A stretch of DNA of 64,000 nucleotides, taken from the NCBI RefSeq assembly GCF_030013205.1, contig NZ_CP122648.1; one strand, given 5' to 3'. Positions 28,152 to 40,970 of this stretch are shown here, piece after piece. Within the stretch, counting starts at the first letter, position 1. Each line of letters starts with the position of its first letter. A program made the translations under genes and the position numbers. The notes below the pieces were generated by a model. That model ran no database searches. It worked only from the letters and a program-made list of their open reading frames with translations, and had not been told where the DNA came from. The stretch comes from Escherichia coli (lineage in GTDB: Bacteria > Pseudomonadota > Gammaproteobacteria > Enterobacterales > Enterobacteriaceae).

Positions 28152-29159
28152 TCATTGATAATCGACGCGTAAATACCCCAGCGCGCTAAACGGCCCTTCG
28201 GTCGGTTTTTGACCGGTAATACTGATAGGCCAGGCGCGAAGTGTGACATTGGCTGCCGCAGCTGCATCCAGACGGAAAGGAATAACGCTATTGAGATCGT
28301 TAGGCGTGATCGGCGTATCGTTCTGATCGGCCACAATAAAACCTAAATCCTGATTGTCCGACACCATCGCCTGACCAGAAACGGCACTGGCTTCCAGACG
28401 CATTGTTAAATAAGCCTGCGCAGCAACATTCGTACATTTGATCGCAATGCTCTTGGTTTGCGGCATGACACCAGCTGGTCGATTCCCCGGCCCTGCCGCA
28501 CTAAATAACGATGCGCCGATATCACCAAAATCAAATTCAACAATTTGCCCGGCATTTAATTCGCAGTTTTGCGGTACTTCAACCCGGCCACCAAAACTAA
28601 TGGTATAAACAGGTGTAACCAACGGATCGTTAGGCGTTGATGTCACATACACGGTAAACATCACCTGTCTGGGGATCTCCACCATGTTAATAAAGGGACG
28701 AATAACCTTTAAACGAAATATCAAACGAGAATCCATAACCCCGAACGGAAGGTTTTGCGAAACGTTAGGATCTGTTCCCATACGAATATAATTTTGCGGA
28801 GGGAATTGAATATCCATCACGCTATCAACCAGACTCATCGCACCTAATAGATAATCATTTAATTGCATATATTTATAATTATCGATAGTTTCCTGAACAA
28901 TAAAGTTGGTGACATAACTACGGTATGTATAATTCACCAGCGTGCCGGGTGGACAAATTGCTGACACACCTACCCAGCCGGATTTTTCCGGTAAAACAAC
29001 AATCTGCCCTGGCTGGTTATTGGTGCTATTAAAGACATTTGAGAGATCATAGTGTTCATCTTCTGCTACGCCAGTACTATTTGCACAAACAGTAGCCCAG
29101 GATATGTTTGCCAGACACAAACATGCCATTGCCAATAATAATCTGCAGATTATCTTCAT
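28152..29159 (-). CDS. sfmH: Fimbrial adhesin-like protein
   Basis: 335-aa ORF with signal peptide; position in sfm operon. Confidence 0.8.
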   Translation of the reverse strand: MKIICRLLLAMACLCLANISWATVCANSTGVAEDEHYDLSNVFNSTNNQPGQIVVLPEKSGWVGVSAICPPGTLVNYTYRSYVTNFIVQETIDNYKYMQLNDYLLGAMSLVDSVMDIQFPPQNYIRMGTDPNVSQNLPFGVMDSRLIFRLKVIRPFINMVEIPRQVMFTVYVTSTPNDPLVTPVYTISFGGRVEVPQNCELNAGQIVEFDFGDIGASLFSAAGPGNRPAGVMPQTKSIAIKCTNVAAQAYLTMRLEASAVSGQAMVSDNQDLGFIVADQNDTPITPNDLNSVIPFRLDAAAAANVTLRAWPISITGQKPTEGPFSALGYLRVDYQ

Positions 29160-29171
29160 TGATAATTTCCT

Positions 29172-31781
29172 TTATGAGCCAGGATGTGTGCAAACTGCCG
29201 AAATAACAGTGACGGCTTGCTGTAAGCTTTGCTTCGGCAATACATAGTGCGCAATGCAGCGTGAGTTCGCGCCGTCTCCCCACTGAACAAGCAATTCACC
29301 AGACAATGGCGCACCGCTTAAATAAACTTGCCCGTCATCACCCACCATACTGGTTATTCCGGTACTGTTTTCCCGTACCAGTGATCCAAACGGCACCGGT
29401 TTTCCGCCCTGGGTAACGGTAATGAGCGCCCGCACGCCTATGCGGGTATCAAAATTGGCACGAACCAACGCGCCTTGCGTCGGCACAACGCTGCTAATAT
29501 TTTTTTCAACATCGATGGAATTCCCCATCGTATTGGTATCAAGCGCGATACGGTTATACCGATAAACCGTGGCATACGGCATCACCGCATAGCCGCGCCA
29601 GTCGGTTAAAATGCCAGTTTGATTTTCAATGCGTACACCGCCTGCGCCAGGCGCTTTAATCAAAACATTGGTATCCCCTAAAGGCTGGCTCAGCGTTATA
29701 CCATTTTCATGCCCGACCACACCGCCAGACAGCTGCCAGTTAACGTCATGTTGATCGCGGTCGTAGTTATACCCGACCCCCAGCGTACCGTAAGCGGCCT
29801 GCCAGTTTGCCGTGGCGCTGCCCGTATACCCATTATTCGAGGTATCGCCCTGGCTTACGTGATAACTCAGGTTGTGGCCTTCCAGTAAGGTCCCACCAAC
29901 GCCTGCCAGCCAGCTATTTTGCCCGTTGCTGTTACGGTTGGCGTTAAAGGAGGCATAAGCGCGGTCGAGCGCATTTTCCCGGGTGTAGCGACGTTTGGTC
30001 AGAACATTGAAAGGCACTGAAACATTAAGTCCGACAATACGTTCGTTATCGGGGATCCCTACAGATTCATTCCACGAAAATGAGAGTGAATAACTGATGC
30101 CAACCCAGCTGCTGGTATACCCCACCTGATACCAGGTATCTGAATCCGAAGTATTCCAGTATTTTTGATGGGTACCAGAGATATAAAGCGAGCCAAAGTC
30201 ATTAAGTGATTGTGAAATATTTAACTGCAAACGGTCTTTACGGCTAAAGCGTAAATTGTGGTAATTCACGATTATCGGTTCATCGCGATGCTCACCGTCA
30301 TAATCGTAATCATATTCGTACCCCTCCATTCGACGATACGCAACATCATCAAGGGTATAAAAACCTTGTGTCGAATAGCGGTAACCCATTAACTGAAAAT
30401 TGGTGCCGAAAGTGTTCATTGATTTCGCATAGAGGAAGCGAATGGAATCCCCCTCATGACGACTGTCGTCGGCTAACTGACTGCGCGCATGCGTTACATC
30501 CAGCGACACTGCGCCCCAGTTCCCGAGATTGCGCCCCAGCCCTAATAAAAAGGCGGTGTAATTGGCAGATAATTGCGTCCCGCCGTAGGCAGTAAATTCC
30601 TGTGGTAAACCGCCGAGTGCCGTGCCCTGAAAAAAGAAAGGCGACGATTGCTGACTATTACCGCTACGAAAATCGCCCGCCGTCAGGTCAAATTTGAAAC
30701 GCCCTTCGCGTTGTAAAATCGGCACTGTTGAATACGGAATTGTGTAATTCTGCTGATTGCCATCGCGCTCGTCGATGGTGACATCCAGATCGCCATTTGA
30801 AGATGTCGGGTGCAAATCTGTAATTTCAAAAGCGCCGGGGGAAACATAGCTTTGATAGATAATAAAACCATTTTGCCGAATCGTTAGCTGGGCCGCCGTA
30901 CGGGCAATCCCACGTACCGTTGGGGCAAACCCTTGCTGGCTATCAGGATACATATTATCGGAAGAGTAAAGCCGTACACCACGAAATCCAACGCCATCGA
31001 AAATATCACTTCCTGTATTGCCGTCTCCCATTACCAGTTCACTTTTCAGCGGAATAATGGCGCGCTGTACCCAGGTGCCAATATTATTCCACTGTTCTGA
31101 ATGATATCCATTTCCGCGAAAATAGTTCCAGGAACCATTGTTGCGTAAACGCCACGGGCCAATATTAATCCCGCTGAGCTCACTAAAAAAATAGCTATCG
31201 TTACCATTACCTCTGTTACCGGTGAAATTATAATTCAGGAGTAAAGCAGGAATACCTTCATCCCACTCTTCAGGCGGAATGTAACCGTGAGCGCTACTCA
31301 ACAACGCTATCTGAGGAATAGTGATGTTCAGGCGCATCGCTGCAAAATCAAAGTTAATTGTGGCATCAGGTACAGCTTTCAGTAAATTAATGCATTTATT
31401 ATTTTGCTGCTGGGCTAACTCGGGGAATGCACTGCTATTAAGGCCAATTCGTTCAAGGAGTGCCTGGTTAAAACAAGGCATTAACCCACCTGATTTATCA
31501 CCTGTATTTACTGTCGTCGATTCAAATACGATATCCTGTGAACCAATGAACTCATCATTACGCCAGAGATCCACCCGATACACGCCCGCAGGTTGATGAT
31601 TACCTCTCTCAAAGCGCGATAAATCAGCAACGGATGTGCCATTCTCTAATAAAAATGCCGGGTTGAAATAACTTTCCGCATAGCTTAAAAAGGAGGGTAA
31701 AATGGCAAGAGATGAATAACAAATTCCGGCCAGACACCAGCTATACCTCTGCGGAATATCCGTAGTAGTGGGTATTTTCAT
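29172..31781 (-). CDS. sfmD: Fimbrial outer-membrane usher
   Basis: 869-aa ORF; usher size and position. Confidence 0.85.
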   Translation of the reverse strand: MKIPTTTDIPQRYSWCLAGICYSSLAILPSFLSYAESYFNPAFLLENGTSVADLSRFERGNHQPAGVYRVDLWRNDEFIGSQDIVFESTTVNTGDKSGGLMPCFNQALLERIGLNSSAFPELAQQQNNKCINLLKAVPDATINFDFAAMRLNITIPQIALLSSAHGYIPPEEWDEGIPALLLNYNFTGNRGNGNDSYFFSELSGINIGPWRLRNNGSWNYFRGNGYHSEQWNNIGTWVQRAIIPLKSELVMGDGNTGSDIFDGVGFRGVRLYSSDNMYPDSQQGFAPTVRGIARTAAQLTIRQNGFIIYQSYVSPGAFEITDLHPTSSNGDLDVTIDERDGNQQNYTIPYSTVPILQREGRFKFDLTAGDFRSGNSQQSSPFFFQGTALGGLPQEFTAYGGTQLSANYTAFLLGLGRNLGNWGAVSLDVTHARSQLADDSRHEGDSIRFLYAKSMNTFGTNFQLMGYRYSTQGFYTLDDVAYRRMEGYEYDYDYDGEHRDEPIIVNYHNLRFSRKDRLQLNISQSLNDFGSLYISGTHQKYWNTSDSDTWYQVGYTSSWVGISYSLSFSWNESVGIPDNERIVGLNVSVPFNVLTKRRYTRENALDRAYASFNANRNSNGQNSWLAGVGGTLLEGHNLSYHVSQGDTSNNGYTGSATANWQAAYGTLGVGYNYDRDQHDVNWQLSGGVVGHENGITLSQPLGDTNVLIKAPGAGGVRIENQTGILTDWRGYAVMPYATVYRYNRIALDTNTMGNSIDVEKNISSVVPTQGALVRANFDTRIGVRALITVTQGGKPVPFGSLVRENSTGITSMVGDDGQVYLSGAPLSGELLVQWGDGANSRCIAHYVLPKQSLQQAVTVISAVCTHPGS

Positions 31782-31811
31782 AATTAGCTCTGATATTGTC
31801 AGATGATTCGG

Positions 31812-32504
31812 TTAGTTTAAGTTCACTTCTCTGACCGGGGTTACTGAACCATAATCATTAACGGTCTGAAATTTCAGCTTTCCCTGCACTCCTGAGGGTA
31901 AGGGAATTTGTGAATTAACTCTGGGTGCAACCATAGCATTCCCCAGTTTTTGGCTGCCCACTTGCAGGTTAACCAGGGTGACATAAAAAGGTGATGGATT
32001 ATGAACATTGATATAGTTACCGGATCGCGAAAACTTGAGTGTGTCCGGCGCTTCTGCGGGTAATTCTTGTAGTTGAATTGGACGGAGAAATAACTTCATG
32101 CGCGATAAAATCGCCAGTTGCAAAACATTCCTGCCGTTCAATGCATTTTTATCTACCGAAGGGATCGTCTTAACATTCATCCAGAACAGAGACTCACGAT
32201 CTGCCGCCAGCGGTGGACCGGTGTAAATAATACGCAAGGTATTTTCGCTTTTGGGTTCACTAACAAACAGTGGCGGTGTAATGATGAATGACTTTTCTTT
32301 TACACCGCTGCTGTTTTCAATCCACGAATTGACCAGAAAGCGCTCATTGGTATGGCTATTTCTAATCCATACCGCAGTCTGTTTAGCATCAGCGGGATAA
32401 ATAATACGCGTGGCACCTAATGCGATCCCTCCGGCAGCATGGGCGCTGGTCGAAATGATTAAATAAAATATAATGAGCATCAATAACTTTATTTTAGTCA
32501 TCAT
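31812..32504 (-). CDS. sfmC: Periplasmic fimbrial chaperone
   Basis: 230-aa product from [23 protein letters not shown]; PapD-like chaperone position. Confidence 0.85.
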   Translation of the reverse strand: MMTKIKLLMLIIFYLIISTSAHAAGGIALGATRIIYPADAKQTAVWIRNSHTNERFLVNSWIENSSGVKEKSFIITPPLFVSEPKSENTLRIIYTGPPLAADRESLFWMNVKTIPSVDKNALNGRNVLQLAILSRMKLFLRPIQLQELPAEAPDTLKFSRSGNYINVHNPSPFYVTLVNLQVGSQKLGNAMVAPRVNSQIPLPSGVQGKLKFQTVNDYGSVTPVREVNLN

Positions 32505-32722
32505 AGTTAATACGCCTTGTGTATTCCTGACGGCAAAAATAAGGAGTATAAAGAAATGATTGCTTTGGTTTCTTACACACATCATTCCCTTTTCATTTAA
32601 TAAAGCGGCATGATACAAAGTGAACGTGATTTCGATTTACATTGCCACCATACCGCTTCAGACAACCGGTACATTACTTTGTTATAAGACGTGATATATA
32701 ATTCAAAACAACGTGGTTTTGA

Positions 32723-33265
32723 TTATTCGTATCTCATAATAAAAGTCGCGTCAGCATTTGCTTGCCCTGCTGATGCACTTGTACCGGTGCCTTTATAACG
32801 TGCAGAAAAATGAAGAACGTTGGTCCCGGGGATCAAGTTCTGGTTGGTTGAGAAGCTATTCCCATCAGGTTTGAGAATTGCGGATGTATTATCAAGTATT
32901 TCAATACCGACACCCGTTGCTGTTGTTGTATTGGTACTGGATGCAATGGCCAATAAATTATCATTGATTGCATCAGCCTGACCAGAAAATGCAACGGCAG
33001 CATTAGCGGCAACAACAGGATCGCAGTCGTTCAACTGAATGGTGAATGGAATTAATGCAGAGGTATTACCAACAGCATTGAAAATATCGGTACGATATTG
33101 ACCGAGTGTGACAACCTGGTCTGCCGAGTCAGTATTCACTGAACAGGCAGCATTCACCAGTTCGCCTTCAAAGTGAATTGTACCGCCATCTACAATGGCA
33201 GCATAACTACCCGTAGCGGCGAATAGTGCGGCAGCCAGCGCAGACGAAATAAATCTTAATTTCAT
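32723..33265 (-). CDS. sfmA: Type 1-like major fimbrial subunit
   Basis: 180-aa product from [23 protein letters not shown]; first gene of the operon. Confidence 0.85.
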   Translation of the reverse strand: MKLRFISSALAAALFAATGSYAAIVDGGTIHFEGELVNAACSVNTDSADQVVTLGQYRTDIFNAVGNTSALIPFTIQLNDCDPVVAANAAVAFSGQADAINDNLLAIASSTNTTTATGVGIEILDNTSAILKPDGNSFSTNQNLIPGTNVLHFSARYKGTGTSASAGQANADATFIMRYE

Positions 33266-33735
33266 ATATATTCCTTCAATCTCATTTATCGACTCCACAT
33301 CCGTATATAACCGATTACTTTATTTAAGACACTGATAGTAGTAAATTCCTTTTTATCCTCTAAGAATGTCTTAATTGAAAATATGCACTCTATTCTAAAA
33401 AATAGAGAGCCCCGTTAGATGAATACTTCCGCGCAAAATATATTCAACACAAATATAGACCTGAAGCGGTAAATTACCAGGCTGAAAATTCTTTTTATAT
33501 TGTCAGGTATTTCTTAAATTATCTTAATCCTTAAACAAGGAAATAAATCAGTTCCAGATTTACAACGCCATCATGGACGAAAAATGAAGCTTTCAATCTC
33601 AGCGACAGTGCGCCTCACCTTCGCAAGAGGTCGCTTCACGCGATAAATCTGAAACGAAACCTGACAGCGCGCCCCGCTTCTGACAAAATAGGCGCATCCC
33701 CTTCGACCTACGTAACAGATGGAATCCTCTCTCTG

Positions 33736-34602
33736 ATGGCAGCAAAGATTATTGACGGTAAAACGATTGCGCAGCAGGTGCGCTCTGAAGTTGCTCAAAA
33801 AGTTCAGGCGCGTATTGCAGCCGGACTGCGGGCACCAGGACTGGCCGTTGTGCTGGTGGGTAGTAACCCTGCATCGCAAATTTATGTCGCAAGTAAACGC
33901 AAGGCTTGTGAAGAAGTCGGGTTCGTCTCCCGCTCTTATGACCTCCCGGAAACCACCAGCGAAGCGGAGCTGTTGGAGCTTATCGATGCGCTGAATGCCG
34001 ACAACACCATCGATGGCATTCTGGTTCAACTGCCGTTACCGGCGGGTATTGATAACGTCAAAGTGCTGGAACGTATTCATCCGGACAAAGACGTAGACGG
34101 TTTCCATCCTTATAACGTCGGTCGCCTGTGCCAGCGCGCGCCGCGTCTGCGTCCCTGCACCCCGCGCGGTATTGTCACGCTGCTTGAGCGTTACAACATT
34201 GATACCTTCGGCCTCAACGCCGTGGTGATTGGCGCATCGAATATCGTTGGCCGCCCGATGAGCATGGAACTGCTACTGGCAGGTTGCACCACCACCGTGA
34301 CTCACCGTTTCACTAAAAATCTGCGTCACCACGTAGAAAATGCCGATCTATTGATCGTTGCCGTCGGTAAGCCAGGCTTTATTCCCGGTGACTGGATCAA
34401 AGAAGGCGCAATTGTGATTGATGTCGGCATCAACCGTCTGGAAAATGGCAAAGTTGTGGGCGACGTCGTGTTTGAAGACGCGGCTAAACGCGCCTCATAC
34501 ATTACGCCTGTTCCCGGCGGCGTTGGCCCGATGACGGTTGCCACGCTGATTGAAAACACGCTACAGGCGTGCGTTGAATATCATGATCCACAGGGTGAGT
34601 AA
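33736..34602 (+). CDS. folD: Bifunctional methylenetetrahydrofolate dehydrogenase / methenyl-THF cyclohydrolase
   Basis: 288-aa [26 protein letters not shown]; full-length match to FolD as I recall it. Confidence 0.93.
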
Positions 34603-34603
34603 C

Positions 34604-34816
34604 ATGGCGACATTTTCTTTAGGTAAACATCCGCACGTTGAGCTGTGCGACTTGCTGAAACTGGAAGGCTGGAGCGAAAGCGGCGCGCAGGCGAAAATCG
34701 CGATTGCCGAAGGCCAGGTGAAAGTCGACGGTGCGGTTGAAACGCGCAAACGCTGCAAAATCGTTGCCGGGCAGACAGTGAGTTTTGCCGGTCACAGCGT
34801 ACAGATTGTTGCCTGA
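34604..34816 (+). CDS. ybcJ: S4-domain RNA-binding protein YbcJ
   Basis: 70-aa product from MATFSLGKHPHVEL directly after folD. Confidence 0.8.
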   Translation: MATFSLGKHPHVELCDLLKLEGWSESGAQAKIAIAEGQVKVDGAVETRKRCKIVAGQTVSFAGHSVQIVA

Positions 34817-34824
34817 TCCCTTTC

Positions 34825-34856
34825 CCGGCCTGTAACAACAGGCCGGTTCTCTTTTC
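34825..34856 (+). terminator. Rho-independent terminator after ybcJ
   Basis: ccggcctgt-aaca-acaggccgg stem-loop followed by a T-rich run. Confidence 0.7.
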
Positions 34857-34923
34857 AGACTTTTGCCCTCTACGCCCCGTTCATCCATGCTGATAGCATC
34901 GACATTTTGCCGAAGCGACCATC

Positions 34924-35445
34924 ATGCCAACCATTATTACGCACGCAGCCGTTCCCCTTTGCATTGCTTTAGGGTTGGGTTCGAAAGTCATCCCTCCGCG
35001 CCTGTTATTTGCCGGAATCATCCTGGCGATGCTGCCCGATGCCGACGTCTTGTCGTTTAAATTTGGCGTTGCTTACGGCAATGTTTTTGGTCATCGCGGG
35101 TTTACCCATTCGCTGGTGTTTGCGTTTGTTGTCCCGCTGTTATGTGTGCTGATTGGACGCCGATGGTTCAGGGCTGGGCTGATTCGCTGCTGGCTGTTTT
35201 TAACCGTCTCGTTGCTATCGCACAGCTTGCTGGATGCGGTAACCACTGGTGGTAAAGGCGTTGGCTGGCTATGGCCGTGGTCAGATGAACGCTTTTTCGC
35301 TCCCTGGCAGGTGATTAAAGTCGCGCCGTTTGCATTGTCTCGTTACAGCACGCCGTACGGGCATCAGGTGATTATTTCTGAATTGATGTGGGTGTGGTTG
35401 CCGGGGATGCTACTGATGGGAATGTTGTGGTGGCGCAGACGATAA
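34924..35445 (+). CDS. ybcI: Inner-membrane metal-dependent hydrolase-like protein YbcI
   Basis: 173-aa polytopic membrane ORF. Confidence 0.8.
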   Translation: MPTIITHAAVPLCIALGLGSKVIPPRLLFAGIILAMLPDADVLSFKFGVAYGNVFGHRGFTHSLVFAFVVPLLCVLIGRRWFRAGLIRCWLFLTVSLLSHSLLDAVTTGGKGVGWLWPWSDERFFAPWQVIKVAPFALSRYSTPYGHQVIISELMWVWLPGMLLMGMLWWRRR

Positions 35446-35446
35446 C

Positions 35447-35470
35447 CGGATGCGAAAACTCGCATCCGGC
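35447..35470. terminator. Perfect 10-bp hairpin between convergent ybcI and cysS (likely bidirectional terminator)
   Basis: ccggatgcga-aaac-tcgcatccgg. Confidence 0.5.
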
Positions 35471-35480
35471 AATAGCGCAA

Positions 35481-36866
35481 TTACTTACGACGCCAGGTGG
35501 TCCCTTGCGGGCCATCTTCCAGCACGATCCCCATCTCGTTAAGACGGTCACGCGCCGCATCTGCCGCCGCCCAGTCTTTCGCTTTACGGGCATCCAGACG
35601 CTGTTGAATTAACGCTTCAATCTCAGCCACTTCGCTGTCGTCTGCCTGCGCACCGCTTTGCAGGAACGCTTCCGGTTCTTGCTCCAGCAGGCCCAATACG
35701 GCGGAAAGTTTACGCAGATGAGACGCCATCGCGTTTGCCGCTACCATATCTTCTGCTTTCAGACGGTTTACTTCACGCGCCATATCAAACAGCACGGAAT
35801 AGGCTTCCGGGGTGTTGAAATCGTCGTCCATCGCTTCAATAAAGCGCGCTTCAAACGCTTCGCCACCGGCAGGCGCAACGGTTTTGTCTGTGCCGCGCAG
35901 GGCAGTGTAGAGACGCTCCAGCGCCGCACGCGCCTGCTTCAGGTTCTCTTCGCTGTAGTTCAGCTGGCTGCGATAGTGTCCCGACATCAGGAAGTAACGC
36001 ACGGTTTCCGCGTCGTAGTATTTCAGCACATCGCGCACGGTAAAGAAGTTACCCAGCGATTTGGACATCTTCTCGCGGTCAACCATCACCATTCCGGAGT
36101 GCATCCAGTAGTTCACATACTGGCCATCATGGGCACAGGTGGACTGCGCGATTTCATTCTCGTGGTGCGGGAACATCAGGTCAGAACCGCCGCCGTGGAT
36201 ATCAAAGTGGTTACCCAGCTGCTTGCAGTTCATTGCCGAACATTCAATGTGCCAGCCAGGACGGCCCGCGCCCCACGGAGACGGCCAGCTCGGTTCGCCC
36301 TCTTTCGACATCTTCCACAGAACGAAGTCCATCGGGTTGCGTTTGTCATCGACCACGTCAACGCGCGCGCCTGCCTGCAGCTGGTCGAGATCCTGACGCG
36401 ACAGCACGCCATAAGTCGGATCGGTCGGGACGTCGAACATCACGTCGCCATTGTCCGCCACATAAGCGTGACCTTTGGCGATCAGTTGTTCAGTGAGTTC
36501 AATAATTTCTGCGATATGGTGCGTCGCGCGCGGCTCCATATCCGGACGCAAAATGTTCAAAGCATCAAAATCTTTGTGCATTTCGGCGATCATGCGATCC
36601 ACCAGCGCCACAAAGCTTTCGCCATTTTCATTGGCGCGTTTGATGATTTTGTCATCGATATCGGTAATGTTACGCACATACTTCAGCTTATAGCCGAGGA
36701 AACGCAGGTAACGCGCAACCACGTCAAAGGCAACAAAGGTACGCCCGTGACCGATATGACAAAGATCGTAAACGGTGATTCCACACACGTACATGCCGAC
36801 TTCCCCGGCGTGAATAGGCTTAAATTCCTCTTTTTGGCGTGTCAGAGTATTGAAGATTTTTAGCAT
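35481..36866 (-). CDS. cysS: Cysteine--tRNA ligase
   Basis: 461-aa ORF with HIGH (CHIGHGRT) and KMSKS motifs. Confidence 0.95.
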   Translation of the reverse strand: MLKIFNTLTRQKEEFKPIHAGEVGMYVCGITVYDLCHIGHGRTFVAFDVVARYLRFLGYKLKYVRNITDIDDKIIKRANENGESFVALVDRMIAEMHKDFDALNILRPDMEPRATHHIAEIIELTEQLIAKGHAYVADNGDVMFDVPTDPTYGVLSRQDLDQLQAGARVDVVDDKRNPMDFVLWKMSKEGEPSWPSPWGAGRPGWHIECSAMNCKQLGNHFDIHGGGSDLMFPHHENEIAQSTCAHDGQYVNYWMHSGMVMVDREKMSKSLGNFFTVRDVLKYYDAETVRYFLMSGHYRSQLNYSEENLKQARAALERLYTALRGTDKTVAPAGGEAFEARFIEAMDDDFNTPEAYSVLFDMAREVNRLKAEDMVAANAMASHLRKLSAVLGLLEQEPEAFLQSGAQADDSEVAEIEALIQQRLDARKAKDWAAADAARDRLNEMGIVLEDGPQGTTWRRK

Positions 36867-37039
36867 CGAAGATTCCGTTTAGACATGTGTGGGTAATTGA
36901 GTTGCGTATAATACCCATATTTCCCGCGCGAATCAGCATACATTGCGTGATGATCCGATCGTGCGGTTATGCTATAACACCACCCTATATATGACCCGAA
37001 CCGGGTTGAAGCACCAATCAAACGGAACAGGATGCAAAA

Positions 37040-37534
37040 ATGGTTACTTTCCACACCAATCACGGCGATATTGTCATCAAAACTTTTGACGATAAAGCAC
37101 CTGAAACAGTTAAAAACTTCCTGGACTACTGCCGCGAAGGTTTTTACAACAACACCATTTTCCACCGTGTAATCAACGGCTTTATGATTCAGGGCGGCGG
37201 TTTTGAGCCGGGCATGAAGCAAAAAACCACCAAAGACCCGATCAAAAACGAAGCCAACAACGGTCTGAAAAATACCCGTGGTACGCTGGCAATGGCCCGT
37301 ACTCAGGCACCGCACTCTGCAACTGCACAGTTCTTCATCAACGTGGTTGATAACGACTTCCTGAACTTCTCCGGCGAAAGCCTGCAAGGTTGGGGCTACT
37401 GCGTATTTGCTGAAGTGGTTGACGGCATGGACGTGGTAGACAAAATCAAAGGTGTGGCAACCGGTCGTAGCGGTATGCACCAGGACGTGCCAAAAGAAGA
37501 CGTTATCATTGAAAGCGTGACCGTTAGCGAGTAA
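37040..37534 (+). CDS. ppiB: Peptidyl-prolyl cis-trans isomerase B (cyclophilin)
   Basis: 164-aa ORF with cyclophilin fold sequence. Confidence 0.93.
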   Translation: MVTFHTNHGDIVIKTFDDKAPETVKNFLDYCREGFYNNTIFHRVINGFMIQGGGFEPGMKQKTTKDPIKNEANNGLKNTRGTLAMARTQAPHSATAQFFINVVDNDFLNFSGESLQGWGYCVFAEVVDGMDVVDKIKGVATGRSGMHQDVPKEDVIIESVTVSE

Positions 37535-37536
37535 TC

Positions 37537-38259
37537 GTGGCGACACTCTTTATTGCAGATCTTCATCTCTGCGTGGAAGAACCGGCGATCACCGCCGGTT
37601 TTCTGCGTTTTTTAGCGGGGGAAGCCTGCAAGGCCGACGCGCTGTATATTCTTGGCGATCTGTTTGAAGCGTGGATTGGCGACGACGATCCCAACCCACT
37701 CCATCGCCAGATAGCGGCAGCGATCAAAGCGGTGTCCGATTCCGGCGTTCCCTGTTATTTCATTCATGGCAACCGTGATTTTCTGCTCGGCAAACGCTTT
37801 GCCCGTGAAAGCGGCATGACGTTATTGCCGGAAGAAAAGGTGCTCGAACTTTATGGTCGTCGGGTGTTGATTATGCATGGCGACACGCTGTGCACCGATG
37901 ACGCGGGTTATCAGGCTTTTCGCGCCAAAGTCCACAAACCCTGGCTGCAGACGCTATTCCTCGCTCTGCCATTGTTTGTGCGCAAACGCATTGCCGCGCG
38001 AATGCGCGCGAACAGCAAAGAAGCCAACAGCAGTAAATCGCTGGCGATCATGGACGTTAACCAAAACGCGGTGGTCAGTGCGATGGAAAAACATCAGGTG
38101 CAATGGCTGATTCACGGGCATACCCATCGCCCGGCGGTACATGAACTTATCGCCAACCAGCAACCTGCTTTTCGCGTGGTACTGGGTGCCTGGCATACGG
38201 AAGGTTCGATGGTGAAAGTCACGGCGGATGACGTTGAGCTGATTCATTTTCCGTTTTAA
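37537..38259 (+). CDS. lpxH: UDP-2,3-diacylglucosamine diphosphatase
   Basis: 240-aa ORF with calcineurin-like metallophosphoesterase motifs (GDLFEAW, GNRDF). Confidence 0.9.
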   Translation: MATLFIADLHLCVEEPAITAGFLRFLAGEACKADALYILGDLFEAWIGDDDPNPLHRQIAAAIKAVSDSGVPCYFIHGNRDFLLGKRFARESGMTLLPEEKVLELYGRRVLIMHGDTLCTDDAGYQAFRAKVHKPWLQTLFLALPLFVRKRIAARMRANSKEANSSKSLAIMDVNQNAVVSAMEKHQVQWLIHGHTHRPAVHELIANQQPAFRVVLGAWHTEGSMVKVTADDVELIHFPF

Positions 38260-38376
38260 AAAACCCGCAACTTTGCTGATTTCACAGCCACGCAACCGTT
38301 TTCCTTGCTCTCTTTCCGTGCTATTCTCTGTGCCCTCTAAAGCCGAGAGTTGTGCACCACAGGAGTTTTAAGACGC

Positions 38377-38886
38377 ATGTCTTCCCGCAATAATCCGGCG
38401 CGTGTCGCCATCGTGATGGGGTCCAAAAGCGACTGGGCTACCATGCAGTTCGCCGCCGAAATCTTCGAAATCCTGAATGTCCCGCACCACGTTGAAGTGG
38501 TTTCTGCTCACCGCACCCCCGATAAACTGTTCAGCTTCGCCGAAAGTGCCGAAGAGAACGGTTATCAGGTGATTATTGCGGGCGCAGGCGGCGCAGCGCA
38601 CCTGCCGGGCATGATTGCCGCCAAAACGTTAGTGCCAGTACTGGGCGTGCCAGTACAGAGCGCCGCACTGAGCGGTGTCGATAGCCTCTACTCCATCGTA
38701 CAAATGCCGCGCGGCATTCCGGTGGGTACGCTGGCGATTGGTAAAGCTGGCGCGGCAAACGCGGCGTTACTGGCAGCACAAATTCTTGCGACTCATGATA
38801 AAGAACTGCACCAGCGTCTGAATGACTGGCGCAAAGCCCAGACTGACGAAGTGCTGGAAAACCCGGACCCGCGAGGTGCGGCATGA
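38377..38886 (+). CDS. purE: N5-carboxyaminoimidazole ribonucleotide mutase
   Basis: 169-aa product from [20 protein letters not shown] with AGGAG ribosome-binding site. Confidence 0.93.
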   Translation: MSSRNNPARVAIVMGSKSDWATMQFAAEIFEILNVPHHVEVVSAHRTPDKLFSFAESAEENGYQVIIAGAGGAAHLPGMIAAKTLVPVLGVPVQSAALSGVDSLYSIVQMPRGIPVGTLAIGKAGAANAALLAAQILATHDKELHQRLNDWRKAQTDEVLENPDPRGAA

Positions 38887-39950
38887 AACAGGTTTGCGTC
38901 CTCGGTAACGGGCAGTTAGGCCGTATGCTGCGTCAGGCAGGCGAACCGTTAGGCATTGCTGTCTGGCCAGTCGGGCTGGACGCTGAACCGGCGGCGGTGC
39001 CTTTTCAACAAAGTGTGATTACCGCTGAGATCGAACGCTGGCCGGAAACCGCATTAACCCGCGAGCTGGCGCGCCATCCGGCCTTTGTGAACCGCGATGT
39101 ATTCCCGATTATTGCTGACCGTCTGACTCAGAAGCAGCTTTTCGACAAGCTTCACCTACCGACCGCACCGTGGCAGTTACTTGCCGATCGCAGCGAGTGG
39201 CCTGCGGTGTTTGATCGTTTAGGTGAGCTGGCGATTGTTAAGCGTCGCACTGGTGGCTATGACGGACGCGGTCAATGGCGTTTACGCGCCGATGAAACCG
39301 AACAGTTACCGGCTGAATGCTACGGCGAATGTATTGTCGAGCAGGGCATAAACTTCTCTGGCGAAGTGTCGCTGGTTGGCGCGCGCGGCTTTGATGGTAG
39401 CACCGTGTTTTATCCGCTGACGCATAACCTGCATCAGGACGGTATTTTGCGCACCAGCGTCGCTTTCCCGCAGGCCAACGCGCAGCAGCAGGCGCAGGCC
39501 GAAGAGATGCTGTCGGCGATTATGCAGGAGCTGGGCTATGTGGGCGTGATGGCGATGGAGTGTTTTGTCACCCCGCAAGGTCTGCTGATCAACGAACTGG
39601 CTCCGCGTGTGCATAACAGTGGTCACTGGACGCAAAACGGTGCCAGCATCAGCCAGTTTGAGCTGCATCTGCGGGCGATTACCGATCTGCCGTTACCGCA
39701 ACCGGTAGTGAATAGTCCGTCGGTGATGATCAACCTGATTGGTAGCGATGTGAATTATGACTGGCTGAAATTGCCGCTGGTGCATCTGCACTGGTACGAC
39801 AAAGAAGTCCGTCCGGGGCGTAAAGTGGGGCATCTGAATTTAACCGACAGCGACACATCGCGTCTGACCGCGACGCTGGAAGCCTTAATCCCGCTGCTGC
39901 CGCCGGAGTATGCCAGCGGCGTGATGTGGGCGCAGAGTAAGTTCAGTTAA
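38883..39950 (+). CDS. purK: N5-carboxyaminoimidazole ribonucleotide synthetase
   Basis: 355-aa ATP-grasp ORF overlapping the purE stop. Confidence 0.93.
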   Translation: MKQVCVLGNGQLGRMLRQAGEPLGIAVWPVGLDAEPAAVPFQQSVITAEIERWPETALTRELARHPAFVNRDVFPIIADRLTQKQLFDKLHLPTAPWQLLADRSEWPAVFDRLGELAIVKRRTGGYDGRGQWRLRADETEQLPAECYGECIVEQGINFSGEVSLVGARGFDGSTVFYPLTHNLHQDGILRTSVAFPQANAQQQAQAEEMLSAIMQELGYVGVMAMECFVTPQGLLINELAPRVHNSGHWTQNGASISQFELHLRAITDLPLPQPVVNSPSVMINLIGSDVNYDWLKLPLVHLHWYDKEVRPGRKVGHLNLTDSDTSRLTATLEALIPLLPPEYASGVMWAQSKFS

Positions 39951-39969
39951 CCTGGTGCTCATATTCTTA

Positions 39970-40056
39970 CCGGATTCGGCGTGAACGCCTTATCCGGCTT
40001 AACGCTCCGGTACCCATTGTAGGCCTGATAAGACGCGTCAAGCGTCGCATCAGGCA
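39970..40056. repeat. REP/BIME palindromic units
   Basis: Two imperfect palindromes of the gccggataag / gcctgataagacgcg...cgcatcaggc type between convergent purK and ybcF. Confidence 0.75.
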
Positions 40057-40076
40057 CAAATGTCTAATGCCTACGA

Positions 40077-40970
40077 CTACAGCGAAATACAGGTCCCCGC
40101 TTCGCCCGCCAGCGTCTCTTCAATCCGCGATAACGCCCCAATCCACGCAGGTTTGCCACGGCTTCTGACATAGCCACTCACCGCCGTTACCTTCGGCCCC
40201 ATCGAACCATCGGCTTTGGCAAATGGCGCTAACTCATCCGGTGTGGCACGGCGAATGGCGCGTTGCTGCGGCGTTCCCCAGTTTTCATAAACCGCGTCAG
40301 CATCGGTGAGGATCACCAGCCCATCGGCGTTAATCTGCGCAGCGAGCAACGCAGCGGCGAGATCTTTATCAATCACTGCTTCACTCCCTGCCCCGTCTTT
40401 CGTCACAGGCACACCGCCGCCGCCACTGCAAATCACCACATGCCCCTCTTTGAGCAACAACTCAATGGCTTCGCTGTCGAGAATTTTACGCGGTTGCGGA
40501 GACGCCACCACCCGGCGCAAATATTTACCATCACGTTTCATCTGCCAGCCATAAGCCGCTTCCAGTGCCTCTTGTTCTTCTGGCTGATAAACCGGACCGA
40601 TAAACTTCTCTGGCTGCAAAAACGCCGGATCATCAGGCGAAACCTCAATGCGCGTCAGCACCGTCGTGACAGGCGGCATCTGCGGCTGTGCGCTCAAGCT
40701 CTGCGCCAGCATATAGCCAATCATCCCCTGGCTTTCCGCTACCAGCACATCCAGCGGATACGGTTCTACCTCTTTCCACGCCAGATTCTGTAACGCCAGC
40801 AGCCCCACCTGCGGCCCGTTGCCGTGAACAATCGCCAGCCGATAAGAACGGGCCAGGCGCGTCAACGCGGGTACAGCACTGGCAATATTGCGAGATTGAT
40901 TTTCTGCCGTCAGCGCTTCGCCGCGCTGGAGTAAGGCGTTGCCCCCAAGAGCCACAACCAGTGTTTTCAT
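40077..40970 (-). CDS. ybcF: Carbamate kinase-like protein
   Basis: 297-aa [21 protein letters not shown], amino-acid kinase family. Confidence 0.85.
   Translation of the reverse strand: MKTLVVALGGNALLQRGEALTAENQSRNIASAVPALTRLARSYRLAIVHGNGPQVGLLALQNLAWKEVEPYPLDVLVAESQGMIGYMLAQSLSAQPQMPPVTTVLTRIEVSPDDPAFLQPEKFIGPVYQPEEQEALEAAYGWQMKRDGKYLRRVVASPQPRKILDSEAIELLLKEGHVVICSGGGGVPVTKDGAGSEAVIDKDLAAALLAAQINADGLVILTDADAVYENWGTPQQRAIRRATPDELAPFAKADGSMGPKVTAVSGYVRSRGKPAWIGALSRIEETLAGEAGTCISL

Noticed and set aside
33266-33735. Long AT-rich sfmA upstream region as a possible hidden element
   Set aside because: No repeats, hairpins or ORFs of note; consistent with a fimbrial promoter region.
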